Of a stretch of DNA of 64,000 nt, positions 9,250 through 18,683 are shown in pieces. How positions within the stretch are numbered: the stretch's first letter is position 1; the number at the start of each line of letters is the position of its first letter. A program made the translations under genes and the position numbers. The stretch is from Campylobacterota bacterium. GTDB lineage: Bacteria; Campylobacterota; Campylobacteria; Campylobacterales; Arcobacteraceae. Under the pieces are notes generated by a model. It ran no database searches. It was not told the origin of the DNA and saw only the letters and a list, made by a program, of their open reading frames with translations. Location: contig JAYEKV010000160.1 of NCBI GenBank assembly GCA_034716855.1, positions 1,926 through 65,925 of the forward strand. The letters are read 5' to 3'.

Positions 9250-10010
9250 TGTTAGAAGATTTAAAACCACACATTGCTGATTTGAGAAAAAGACTTATGA
9301 TCTCGAGTGCTGCACTTCTTGTAGCATTTTTTGCTTGTTTTGCAGTATATGAGCCAATCCTTAACTGGATGATGGTACCTGTTGAAGCAGTTCTTGGTGA
9401 GAATTCACAAATGGTTGCAATCGAAGTTCAAGAGACATTCTTCACTGCTTTAAAAGTTGCATTTTTTAGTGGATTTTTAGTATCGCTTCCAGTAATTTTA
9501 TGGCAATTATGGTTATTCTTAGCTCCTGGTCTTTATGAAAATGAGAAAAAACTTGTAATCCCTTTTGTAGTTGGTGCTACAACTATGTTCTTAATAGGTG
9601 CATCATTTGCTTACTATGTAGTTGTACCTTTTGGTTTTGACTTTCTAGTAAACTTTGGTAATAGTGTCGTTACGGTTATGCCTAGTATCGGTAAATATGT
9701 AAGTTTCTTTACAAAATTATTATTTGGATTCGGACTTGCTTTTGAACTTCCTGTATTTACATTTTTCTTGGCAATTATAGGTCTTGTGAATGATCAAAAC
9801 CTAAAAGATTTCTTTAAATATGCAATCGTTCTTATTTTTATGCTTTCAGCTCTCTTAACACCGCCTGATATTATCACACAATTTTTAATGGCAGGACCAC
9901 TTATAATTCTTTACGGTGTATCTATTTATATAGCAAAAGTATTCAATCCAGCCTCAAAAGAAGAGGATGAGATTGAGGAGGAAGAGGAGCTTGAGGAGTC
10001 TAAGCATTAA
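9249..10010 (+). CDS. tatC: Twin-arginine translocase subunit TatC
   Basis: 253 aa with a 6-TM pattern and TatC-type sequence (HIADLRKRL, LWLFLAPGLY, LLTPPD). The start overlaps the tatB stop. Confidence 0.95.
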   Translation: MLEDLKPHIADLRKRLMISSAALLVAFFACFAVYEPILNWMMVPVEAVLGENSQMVAIEVQETFFTALKVAFFSGFLVSLPVILWQLWLFLAPGLYENEKKLVIPFVVGATTMFLIGASFAYYVVVPFGFDFLVNFGNSVVTVMPSIGKYVSFFTKLLFGFGLAFELPVFTFFLAIIGLVNDQNLKDFFKYAIVLIFMLSALLTPPDIITQFLMAGPLIILYGVSIYIAKVFNPASKEEDEIEEEEELEESKH

Positions 10011-11034
10011 AACTTTAGACCCTTTAAAAACATCAAGCTATGACTATCATCTACCCGATGAACTCATAGCAGCTTACCCTGTAACTCCAGCTGATGAAGC
10101 CAAGCTTTTAGTTTATAATAAAAATCAAAAAACAATAACCCACACAACCTTTAAGCACCTTCTTGATTTTGTACCATTAGATACCAATATTTTTTTCAAT
10201 GATACAAAAGTGATAAAAGCCAGAATATTCGGTACAAAACCAACAGGTGGTAAAGTTGAGCTATTATTTAACAAACCAATGCCAGAAAATCAATACCTTG
10301 TATATATAAGAGGTCGTGTACAAGAAGATCTTAATCTAAAATTTGACAATGATCTAAAAGCAAAAGTGATCAAGCTTCATGAAGATGGAAGTAGACTTGT
10401 AAAATTTTATAAAGATGATATAGAACTTGATTTTTTATTATTAGTTGAGATTTTAAACACTATAGGACACCTACCCTTACCACCTTACTTAAAAAGAGAA
10501 GATGAAAAATCAGATGATAAAAACTATCAAACTCTCTTTGCAAAAAACTATGGAGCAGTAGCAGCACCTACCGCATCACTTCATTTTACACCTGAACTTT
10601 TAGAAGAGTTGAAACTAAGACACCAGACACACTACTTGACACTACATGTAGGTGCAGGTACCTTTAAACCTGTAGAGTCTGAGGATATTTTGGATCACCC
10701 TATGCACAGTGAATATTATGATGTACCAAAAGATTCTCAAAATATACTAAATGGTGATAAAAAAATTTTAGCTGTGGGAACTACAGTTACTAGAACAATT
10801 GAGTTTTACAATGAAACAAAACAAACAAACGGTGAGGCAAATCTTTTTCTAAATCCTCTTAACAAACCAAAAAGGGTTGATTATTTACTTACAAACTTCC
10901 ATCTTCCAAAATCAACACTTATTATGCTTGTGGCATCGTTTGTAGGTCTTGAGGAGACTTTGAGGATATATGATGAAGCAATAAAAAACAAATATAGATT
11001 TTTCTCATACGGGGATGCTATGCTAATAATTTAA
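9967..11034 (+). CDS. queA: S-adenosylmethionine:tRNA ribosyltransferase-isomerase QueA
   Basis: Motifs YDYHLPDELIAAYP, GTTVTRTIE and LTNFHLPKSTLIMLV. The annotated ATG overlaps tatC by 44 nt. The true start is probably downstream (TTG 9991 or near 10006), because QueA normally has only about 8 residues before the SYDY motif. Confidence 0.9.
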   Translation: MRLRRKRSLRSLSIKTLDPLKTSSYDYHLPDELIAAYPVTPADEAKLLVYNKNQKTITHTTFKHLLDFVPLDTNIFFNDTKVIKARIFGTKPTGGKVELLFNKPMPENQYLVYIRGRVQEDLNLKFDNDLKAKVIKLHEDGSRLVKFYKDDIELDFLLLVEILNTIGHLPLPPYLKREDEKSDDKNYQTLFAKNYGAVAAPTASLHFTPELLEELKLRHQTHYLTLHVGAGTFKPVESEDILDHPMHSEYYDVPKDSQNILNGDKKILAVGTTVTRTIEFYNETKQTNGEANLFLNPLNKPKRVDYLLTNFHLPKSTLIMLVASFVGLEETLRIYDEAIKNKYRFFSYGDAMLII

Positions 11035-11048
11035 GATAATTGTGCCTC

Positions 11049-11621
11049 TTAAATTTTAGTTTGGTGATTAATAGCTTTTGAGAGAGATAAAATATCAACA
11101 TTTTCAAGGCTTACACCAGTTGGCACACCTTGTGCTATTTTAGTAAAACTAATCTCAAAATTTTTCAGTTTATCTTCTATAAATAATATAAAAGCATCAT
11201 TTGCAAGACTTGGTGTCACTGCAAAAAGTATGTTTTTTATACTTTTGTTTTTTACTTTATCTGTAAGCTGGTCTATTAAAGTTTCATCCAAAGATTCAAT
11301 AACAAAATATTTACCGTAAAACTGTTTTGATTCTTCAATTTGAAAAATATCCTTTGCACTTTGTACTATACATAAAATAGTATCATCTCTTTGTGTATCT
11401 AAACAAACCTCACATATTTCATGTTCACTCATTGCGTTACACTTAGTACATTTTTTTATACTTTGGATCGCTGTTTCTATACTATGTGCGAGTTTCATCC
11501 CCGTATAGCTGTTTTCTGTTACAATATGATAAGCTAATCTTATAGCTGATTTTCTACCGATAGTAGGCAGCATCTCAAAAGATTCTACAAGATCATAAAA
11601 TTTTTCTAAACCTTTATTCAT
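11049..11621 (-). CDS. recR: Recombination protein RecR
   Basis: HhH region LPTIGRKSAIRLAYHI, C4 zinc finger CTKCNAMSEHEICEVC and a Toprim region. Start placed at the internal Met (MNKGLEKF); the 13 hydrophobic codons upstream look spurious. Confidence 0.9.
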   Translation of the reverse strand: MNKGLEKFYDLVESFEMLPTIGRKSAIRLAYHIVTENSYTGMKLAHSIETAIQSIKKCTKCNAMSEHEICEVCLDTQRDDTILCIVQSAKDIFQIEESKQFYGKYFVIESLDETLIDQLTDKVKNKSIKNILFAVTPSLANDAFILFIEDKLKNFEISFTKIAQGVPTGVSLENVDILSLSKAINHQTKI

Positions 11622-11710
11622 AAGGTTTATTATAGCTAAAATCAGATAAAATAAAAGCAAATTGATTTAATAATAAATATTTAAAAATTTACAATAAAAG
11701 GATAATAACA

Positions 11711-12832
11711 TTGACTGATCTTTGCTATTATGAAATACTACAAGTAGAAAAAAGTGCCGATAAAAGTGCGTTAAAAAAAGCATATAGAAAAATGGCCATG
11801 AAATACCATCCTGATAAAAATCCTGATGATACTGAAGCGGAAGAGAACTTTAAAGCTGTAAATGAAGCTTATCAAGTTTTAAGTGATGAAGAAAAAAGAT
11901 CTATCTATGACAGATACGGTAAACAAGGTCTTGAGGGACACGGACAAGGTGGAGGCTTCTCAAGAGGTGGCTTTGATGATCTTGGTTCAATTTTTGAAGA
12001 GATGTTTGGAGGAGGCTTTGGCGGTGGTCGAAGTCAAAGAACAAGAAAAACATACAACTATGACCTAGATACTGAAATACAAATTGATGTGGAGTTCAAT
12101 GAAGCAGTATTCGGTTGTAAAAAAGATATTGACTATAAATATAAAAAAGCTTGTAAATCTTGTAAAGGTACAGGGGCAAAAGACGGTAAACTAAGTGAAT
12201 GTTCAACTTGTAACGGACAAGGTCAAGTACATATGAGGCAAGGATTTATGACATTTGCACAAACTTGTCCACATTGTCAAGGTAGTGGTCAAGCAGTAGC
12301 TTCTAAATGTAGCAAATGTAATGGAAACGGTTACAGTGAAGAGGAAGAAAGCTTCAAGGTTGATATACCAGAAGGTGTTAATGATGGAAACAGAATAAGA
12401 GTAAGCGGTAGAGGAAATATTGCACCTGATGGATCAAGAGGTGATCTGTACATACACATAAGAGTTGCCCAAGATAAACACTTTGTAAGACATGATAATG
12501 ATATCTATCTTGAAGTACCTCTATTCTTTACTCAAATAGCACTTGGTGAAACTATTAAGATACCGGGACTTAGGGGCGAATTAGAGCTTAAGGTTCCGGC
12601 AGGGGCTAGAGATAAACAACAGTTTACTTTTAAAGGTGAAGGTGTTAAAAGTGTCAATGGTTACGGTCAGGGTGATTTCGTAGCTCAGATCAAGATACAA
12701 TATCCTGAAAACTTAAACAACGAACAAAAAGAGTTGCTAGAAAAACTTCAAGAGAGTTTTGGAATAGAGTCAAAACCACATGAAGATACTTTTGGAACAT
12801 TGTTCGATACCGTAAAGGGTTGGTTTAAATAA
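11711..12832 (+). CDS. dnaJ: Molecular chaperone DnaJ
   Basis: 373 aa from a TTG start preceded by AAGGA. J domain with HPD, a G/F-rich region and four CxxCxGxG zinc-finger repeats. Confidence 0.95.
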   Translation: MTDLCYYEILQVEKSADKSALKKAYRKMAMKYHPDKNPDDTEAEENFKAVNEAYQVLSDEEKRSIYDRYGKQGLEGHGQGGGFSRGGFDDLGSIFEEMFGGGFGGGRSQRTRKTYNYDLDTEIQIDVEFNEAVFGCKKDIDYKYKKACKSCKGTGAKDGKLSECSTCNGQGQVHMRQGFMTFAQTCPHCQGSGQAVASKCSKCNGNGYSEEEESFKVDIPEGVNDGNRIRVSGRGNIAPDGSRGDLYIHIRVAQDKHFVRHDNDIYLEVPLFFTQIALGETIKIPGLRGELELKVPAGARDKQQFTFKGEGVKSVNGYGQGDFVAQIKIQYPENLNNEQKELLEKLQESFGIESKPHEDTFGTLFDTVKGWFK

Positions 12833-13425
12833 TGAATATTAAAGCTGCACCTATGGGACCTTATCAAACAAATTGTTATATTGTAGAAAATAATGGTATT
12901 GAACTAATTATAGACCCGGGTGTGGATGCAGTTTCTTGGGTAATGAATAATGTGAAAAATCCAATAGCGATACTAAATACACATGGTCATTTTGATCATG
13001 TATGGAGCAATAATGAATTAAAGCAGAAGCTTAATATACCTATATATTGTCCTAAAGATGATTGTTTTATGCTTGAAAAAGATCCATTTTCTCACGGTAC
13101 ACCAAAAAGCGAAGCTGATATAAAAGTAGCAATGGATGAGACTTTTGATCTTAATGGAATTAAAGTAAAATTCCACCACTTCCCAGGTCATACACCTGGA
13201 TGCAGTGCAATAGAGATAGGACAAAATTTATTTAGCGGTGATTTTATTTTTCAAGGTTCCATAGGGAGAGTTGATTTCCCATTTTCAAATCCTGAAGATA
13301 TGAAAAAAAGTATAAAAAAAGTTTTACAATGGAATAAAGAGCTTGATATTTATCCTGGGCATGGAAATATGACAACCTTAGCAAAAGAGAAAAACTCTTT
13401 AATTAATTGGTTGAACTATTTATAG
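12832..13425 (+). CDS. MBL-fold metallo-hydrolase (glyoxalase II-like)
   Basis: 197 aa with the HGHFDH (HxHxDH) motif and downstream His/Asp ligands. The ATG overlaps the dnaJ stop. Confidence 0.8.
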   Translation: MNIKAAPMGPYQTNCYIVENNGIELIIDPGVDAVSWVMNNVKNPIAILNTHGHFDHVWSNNELKQKLNIPIYCPKDDCFMLEKDPFSHGTPKSEADIKVAMDETFDLNGIKVKFHHFPGHTPGCSAIEIGQNLFSGDFIFQGSIGRVDFPFSNPEDMKKSIKKVLQWNKELDIYPGHGNMTTLAKEKNSLINWLNYL

Positions 13426-13440
13426 AAGGGATGATATAGT

Positions 13441-14394
13441 ATGACAAACGAAAGTAACACTCTTTTAGACAAGCTAGTTAGTTTAGTATCACACGATAAT
13501 GTTAAAGAGGTTACGCAAATAGTAGAGAGTCTTAATAAAATAAATCAATTTCAACATACTATAGACGGCAATGATTCATTGGATAAATTATTTAAAAAAA
13601 TAGCTTATGAACTTCAAGTGGAGTTTAAAATTTTTAATTTTAGTGTAATACTTGATACTACTGAGTGGCAGGAGACACTTTTTACTTTTGGTGATTCTTC
13701 TTCATATACTTATACTTTCCATTTAAGAATAGATGAAAAACAACTTTTTTATATTAATATCTCAAAAGAAAATCTTACTGAGATGGATAAATTATCTTTA
13801 AATAGTTATTTTGACAGTATTATACAAATAGCTTATCTTAGATACAGTATAGAAAATAGCATAACTACTACTATAGATCCATTAACAAAATTAAATACAA
13901 GAATGTTTTTCCAAGAAGAGGCAAAAATGCTTATACCTTTAGCAATAAGGGAAAATATGAAAATAGGTGTTCTTCTTATAAATATAGATAGATTTAGAGC
14001 CGTCAATGATGAACATGGAAATGAATTTGGAGATGACTTTTTAACACTATATGCCACAAAAATAAAAGAAGTGATTAGAACCTCTGATATTGCTATAAGA
14101 TTTGGCGGTGGTGAGTTTTTAGTACTTTTAATGAATGTAGGAACAGAAGAAAATACATTAAACATAGCAGAAAAGTTAAAAGACATTTTAGCACAAACTT
14201 ATTTACTTACAAAAAATAGGGATAAATTTAAAAAAACTGTATGTATTGGAGTATCAATATTTCCAGATGATTCAACAGATATAAATGAGATAGTGAAAAA
14301 CAGTGAAATAGCGTTAAGTGACGCACAAGATCAAGGTAGAAATAAAGTTCTTAGGTTTGTAAATGAACAAGAAAGTACAATAGATCTATTTTAA
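13441..14394 (+). CDS. GGDEF-domain protein with degenerate active site (GGGEF) and intact RxxD I-site
   Basis: 317 aa with a C-terminal GGDEF fold (DPLTKLNTR, RFRAVNDEHGNEFGD, RTSDIAIRFGGGEFLVLL). GGGEF is encoded at nt 14104-14118. Confidence 0.8.
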   Translation: MTNESNTLLDKLVSLVSHDNVKEVTQIVESLNKINQFQHTIDGNDSLDKLFKKIAYELQVEFKIFNFSVILDTTEWQETLFTFGDSSSYTYTFHLRIDEKQLFYINISKENLTEMDKLSLNSYFDSIIQIAYLRYSIENSITTTIDPLTKLNTRMFFQEEAKMLIPLAIRENMKIGVLLINIDRFRAVNDEHGNEFGDDFLTLYATKIKEVIRTSDIAIRFGGGEFLVLLMNVGTEENTLNIAEKLKDILAQTYLLTKNRDKFKKTVCIGVSIFPDDSTDINEIVKNSEIALSDAQDQGRNKVLRFVNEQESTIDLF

Positions 14395-14418
14395 TAGATA
14401 ATATAAAGAGTTAATAGT

Positions 14419-16257
14419 ATGAAAAAACAGGTTATATCAAAGCTAATTGGAATTATGGTGCTAATAGGTATCACTTTAACACTTCTTGAGTCTTGCAATT
14501 TTAGAAGTCATGGTATTGCCACTGCACTAAACAAAGCAGAATCAATTTCGGAAGTTGTAAAAAATGGACTGACTTCTCATATGATAAATGGAAATATGGA
14601 TCAAAGAGATATATTCTTAAGTTCTATATCAAACATAAAAAATGTTGAAAGCATATGGATAATCAGAGGTCAAAATGTTATCAAACAATACGGTAAAGGG
14701 AAACTTCTAGAAAAACCTCGTGATGATATAGACAAAAAAGTACTTTCAAGCGGTAAGACAAAGTATTCACTAAATGAATCTTTTTCAAAAACAACCATAA
14801 GAGTTACTATACCATATAATGCTGATACAAAAAGCAATGTAAATTGTTTTGAATGTCATAATGTAGATCATGGTGAAACTCTAGGAGCTGTAAGTATCAT
14901 CATGAATATGTCTGATATAAAAGATTCTGGACTTAGCCTTGCTCTCTCAATTCTCATATTTACTGCTATTGCCATATTATTTGTTCTTTATTTTTCAAAT
15001 AAAACATTAAAGCCACACCTTGAAACAATTGATGAATTAAGCGAAAAAGTTAAAGATATGTCAAATGGTAAGTTTACAAATATCGTATCTAAACCAGGAC
15101 TATCTAAGGAATCAGAAAATCTTATAAAAGAATACAATATGTTGGTAAATGGTCTAAACACAACATTTTCAGATATAGACAATAAATTAAGTATCTTTGT
15201 AGGTGATCAAAAGTTATATACTGACAATCCACTTTTAAACTCACAAAGAATAGTAGGTAATCTTTCAGATATTTATCAATTTAAAAAAGAGATAGAGATA
15301 GACAGAAGCAAAGAGGATATATATAAAAGGCTTTCCCAAATATTAATAAATAAATTTAATATAAAGTACTTTAATCTAATGGAATTGGATTATAAGACAA
15401 ATAAAACTAAAGTAGTTTTCCAAAAAGGTAATAGAGATTATTGTTCCAATATTATAAAAGATGAACCTGAGCTTTGTAGAGTATCAAAACAAGCAACTGA
15501 TGTAGTATCAGTAAAAGACCATAAATCATGTTCAAGTTTCTGCAGTAATGCTAAATATCACTATTGTACATCTTTTGATATCAGTGATCAGTCTATACTA
15601 ATAGGTAACTTTGTATTTGATGACGAAAAAAATCTAAACAAAGTAAAGTCAAACATATCTCTAATAAAAAGTTATTTTATAGAAGCAACCCCTTCACTTG
15701 TTGTTAAGATGCTGTTAGAGGCTCTAAAAGATTCAGCTTTCAAAGATGGGCTAACAGGTCTTTACAATAGAAAATTCCTTGATGAACATCTAACAAAGCT
15801 CGTACCTCAAGCACTTCGAGAAAACATAAATATCGGTGTACTAATGCTTGATATGGATCATTTTAAAGCAGTAAATGATGAATACGGACATGATGTAGGT
15901 GACATTGTACTTAAAGAACTAGCCAGAATATTAGATGAATCAGTAAGGGATTCGGATATTGTAATAAGATATGGTGGAGAGGAATTTGTCGTTCTTTTAG
16001 TTGGTATTAAAGATGAAGAATCAGCACTGGATGTAGCAAACAAGATAAGAACAAATGTTAGTAAAAATGAGATAAATGTATATGCAGGTAATAAACTTAA
16101 AAAAACAGTAAGTTGTGGTTTATCTCTATTCCCACTAGACTCAAGCAACTTTGATATTGTAATGAAGAATGCCGATATAGCGCTATATGAAGCAAAAGAT
16201 TCTGGTAGAAATAAGGTGATTAGATTTATTGAAAAAGAAGAGGTCGAACTTTTCTAA
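14419..16257 (+). CDS. Membrane sensor diguanylate cyclase (periplasmic CXXCH domain, GGEEF)
   Basis: 612 aa. Two TM helices flank a periplasmic domain carrying CFECH (nt 14845-14859). A Cys-rich central module follows, then a C-terminal GGDEF domain with RDSD I-site and RYGGEEF. Confidence 0.85.
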   Translation: MKKQVISKLIGIMVLIGITLTLLESCNFRSHGIATALNKAESISEVVKNGLTSHMINGNMDQRDIFLSSISNIKNVESIWIIRGQNVIKQYGKGKLLEKPRDDIDKKVLSSGKTKYSLNESFSKTTIRVTIPYNADTKSNVNCFECHNVDHGETLGAVSIIMNMSDIKDSGLSLALSILIFTAIAILFVLYFSNKTLKPHLETIDELSEKVKDMSNGKFTNIVSKPGLSKESENLIKEYNMLVNGLNTTFSDIDNKLSIFVGDQKLYTDNPLLNSQRIVGNLSDIYQFKKEIEIDRSKEDIYKRLSQILINKFNIKYFNLMELDYKTNKTKVVFQKGNRDYCSNIIKDEPELCRVSKQATDVVSVKDHKSCSSFCSNAKYHYCTSFDISDQSILIGNFVFDDEKNLNKVKSNISLIKSYFIEATPSLVVKMLLEALKDSAFKDGLTGLYNRKFLDEHLTKLVPQALRENINIGVLMLDMDHFKAVNDEYGHDVGDIVLKELARILDESVRDSDIVIRYGGEEFVVLLVGIKDEESALDVANKIRTNVSKNEINVYAGNKLKKTVSCGLSLFPLDSSNFDIVMKNADIALYEAKDSGRNKVIRFIEKEEVELF

Positions 16258-16261
16258 ACAA

Positions 16262-16894
16262 CTAGGTAAAAACTTTTTGAAGTTCTTTATTTATTCTACT
16301 TTTAGAAAGTTCTTCTATATTCATCTTTTTTAAGATCTCTTTAGTTTTAATGTCGGTATTTAAACTAAACTGTGCCATAAATCTGACGGCTCTTACCAAG
16401 CGTAAACTATCTTGCTCAAAGCTTTTCTCATCTACCACTCTTAATATTTTATCTTCAATATCGTCTAAACCATTATGAAAATCATATAATTTACTCTCTA
16501 GTATATTATACATCAAACTATTCATAGTAAAATCTCGTCTTAATGTTGCTTTAAATTCATCATCCGTAATCTCTATATCAAATCCGTGATAACCCTTTGA
16601 AACCTTAGTTTCGACTCTTGGCAGGGCGATATCAATACCTTTATAATTATATACATTGAACTTTTCAGACAATACAACTGCATCTAGTTTTTGCATTATC
16701 TTTTTAAACAACTCTTGATCTACTCCAAAAACTTCAATATCTATATCATCTGAAACTATATTCATCATAGTATCTCTTAAAAATCCACCAACTATATATA
16801 TTCGTTTTGTATATGGTAAAAAAGCTAGTTTGATTTGATCTAGTTTATCTTGTTGTGTAGTTAAAAAAGTAAGCTGTAATTTAGAAGATTTCAC
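16262..16894 (-). CDS. PolyA polymerase/CCA-adding nucleotidyltransferase head-neck domain protein (short)
   Basis: 210 aa with GGFLRD (GGxVRD), DDIDIEV catalytic carboxylates, RRDFTMNSL and EQDSLRLVRAVRF. No body or tail domains. Confidence 0.65.
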   Translation of the reverse strand: MKSSKLQLTFLTTQQDKLDQIKLAFLPYTKRIYIVGGFLRDTMMNIVSDDIDIEVFGVDQELFKKIMQKLDAVVLSEKFNVYNYKGIDIALPRVETKVSKGYHGFDIEITDDEFKATLRRDFTMNSLMYNILESKLYDFHNGLDDIEDKILRVVDEKSFEQDSLRLVRAVRFMAQFSLNTDIKTKEILKKMNIEELSKSRINKELQKVFT

Positions 16895-16967
16895 TTTTAG
16901 CCTTACTTTATTATAACAGGAGAGAGAAGCTCTCCCGTGTATTAATTTTTTTATATTTTTCTATTTA

Positions 16968-18029
16968 TTAAATGTAACTTGCAATTAGATCACCCATTTG
17001 TGAACAATTAACCTGACTCTTACAATCATAAGCAGCTAGATCACCGGTTCTATAACCCTCACTCATAGCTTTTTTAATAGCTGCATCAATAGCATCTGCC
17101 GCAGACTCTTCATCCAAGCTGTATCTAAGCATCATTGATGCACTAGAAATTGTAGCAATAGGATTTGCTATCCCCTGCCCTGCGATATCCGGAGCTGAAC
17201 CATGAATAGGCTCATAAACTGCTGTTTTCTCACCAGTAGAAGCAGATGGTAAAAGACCTATTGAACCACTTAACATTGAAGCTTCATCAGATAAAATATC
17301 ACCAAAAATGTTTCCTGTTAGGATAACATCAAATTGTCTTGGATTTGCAATAAGCTGCATAGCACAGTTATCAACATACATATGTGTAAGTTCAACTTCA
17401 GGATACTGTGCAGCAATTCTTTCTGTTGTATCTCTCCAAAGTTGAGAAACATCAAGAACATTTGCTTTATCTATAGAGCAAACTCTTTTATCTCTTTTCA
17501 TTGCAAGTTTAAATGCAACATGAGCAATTCTTTCGATCTCTGAAACAGTATATACCATAGTGTTCCAACCTTTTTCTTCAGTTTTACCTTTTGGCTCACC
17601 AAAGTAGATACCACCAATAAGCTCTCTTACAACCATAATATCAACACCTTTGATAACTTCTGGTTTTAGTGAACTTGCATCAACTAATTCGTCATATACA
17701 ACTGCCGGTCTAAGGTTTGCAAAAACGCCCATCTCTTTTCTAAATCTTAAAAGTCCAGACTCAGGTCTAAGCTCTCTTGGCTGGTTATCCCATTTTGGAC
17801 CACCAATAGCACCAAATAAACAAGCATCTGATGCTAATACACCATCAATAGTTTCTTGAGGAAGAGGATTACCTGTTGCATCAATTGCACATCCACCCAT
17901 TAAATACTCTGAGTAATTAAAATCAATATCAAATTTTTTTCCAACTGCATCTAAAACTTTTACAGCCTCATCAACGATCTCTACACCGATACCGTCACCT
18001 TTTATTAGTGAGATATTATAGTTTGCCAT
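16968..18029 (-). CDS. leuB: 3-isopropylmalate dehydrogenase
   Basis: Motifs IKGDGIGVEI, ANLRP and HGSAPDIAGQGIANP. Start placed at MANYNISL (the seventh codon of the track ORF), overlapping the leuD end by 14 nt. Confidence 0.95.
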   Translation of the reverse strand: MANYNISLIKGDGIGVEIVDEAVKVLDAVGKKFDIDFNYSEYLMGGCAIDATGNPLPQETIDGVLASDACLFGAIGGPKWDNQPRELRPESGLLRFRKEMGVFANLRPAVVYDELVDASSLKPEVIKGVDIMVVRELIGGIYFGEPKGKTEEKGWNTMVYTVSEIERIAHVAFKLAMKRDKRVCSIDKANVLDVSQLWRDTTERIAAQYPEVELTHMYVDNCAMQLIANPRQFDVILTGNIFGDILSDEASMLSGSIGLLPSASTGEKTAVYEPIHGSAPDIAGQGIANPIATISSASMMLRYSLDEESAADAIDAAIKKAMSEGYRTGDLAAYDCKSQVNCSQMGDLIASYI

Positions 18030-18516
18030 GTGCTTCCTTTTTTGCAAAATTCATTAAACCACCATCAGCTAAAAGCTCCTGCATAAATGGTGGGATTGGA
18101 GTAAACTTATAAGTTTTTTCAGTATCAATATTTTCAATTGTTCCTCCGTCTAAATCAACAGAAACCAACTCACCCTCTTTTATCTCTAATGCATTATCTA
18201 GTTCAAAAATCGGTAACCCCATATTAAATGCGTTTCTATAAAATATTCTTGCAAAACTTGGAGCAATAACTGCTGCAACACCTGCTGCTTTTAGTGCAAT
18301 TGGAGCATGTTCTCTACTTGAACCGCATCCAAAATTTTCACCTGCTACTATTATATCCCCAGGCTGAACTTTTGAAGCAAAATCAGGATCTGCATCTTCC
18401 ATAACATACTTTGCCAAATGGTGTGGATCACTACTATTTAAATATCTTGCTGCAATGATCAGATCTGTATCAATATTGCTGCCAAAATTCCATACTTTAC
18501 CAGTAATTTTATTCAT
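18016..18516 (-). CDS. leuD: 3-isopropylmalate dehydratase small subunit
   Basis: 166 aa with the [14 protein letters not shown] motif. Directly upstream of leuB. Confidence 0.95.
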   Translation of the reverse strand: MNKITGKVWNFGSNIDTDLIIAARYLNSSDPHHLAKYVMEDADPDFASKVQPGDIIVAGENFGCGSSREHAPIALKAAGVAAVIAPSFARIFYRNAFNMGLPIFELDNALEIKEGELVSVDLDGGTIENIDTEKTYKFTPIPPFMQELLADGGLMNFAKKEAHGKL

Positions 18517-18596
18517 AATTGTCTATATCCTTTAATATTATTAACCGCATTTTATCCAAAGTTTCATTAATTAATTATTTTTTTAATAAGTTTGGG

Positions 18597-18602
18597 TATA
18601 AT
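18597..18602 (+). promoter_or_regulatory. Candidate -10 hexamer (TATAAT) for rpoD
   Basis: A perfect TATAAT lies 82 nt upstream of the rpoD ATG in an AT-rich divergent intergenic region. No -35 was assessed. Confidence 0.3.
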
Positions 18603-18683
18603 ATCGTCTTTAGTAACACAACGAAAGATGTATTTTAAACATCATCTTCGTTATACAAAACTTATAAAGGCTTGTAACAATAG

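Noticed and set aside
11883-12068. 61-aa same-strand alternative-frame ORF inside dnaJ
   Set aside because: It lies within the well-supported DnaJ G/F-rich region in another frame and has no independent signals.
16919-16935. Short hairpin GGAGAG-N5-CTCTCC downstream of leuB as a terminator
   Set aside because: It has only a 6-bp stem and no clear U-tract on the minus strand. That is too weak to call.
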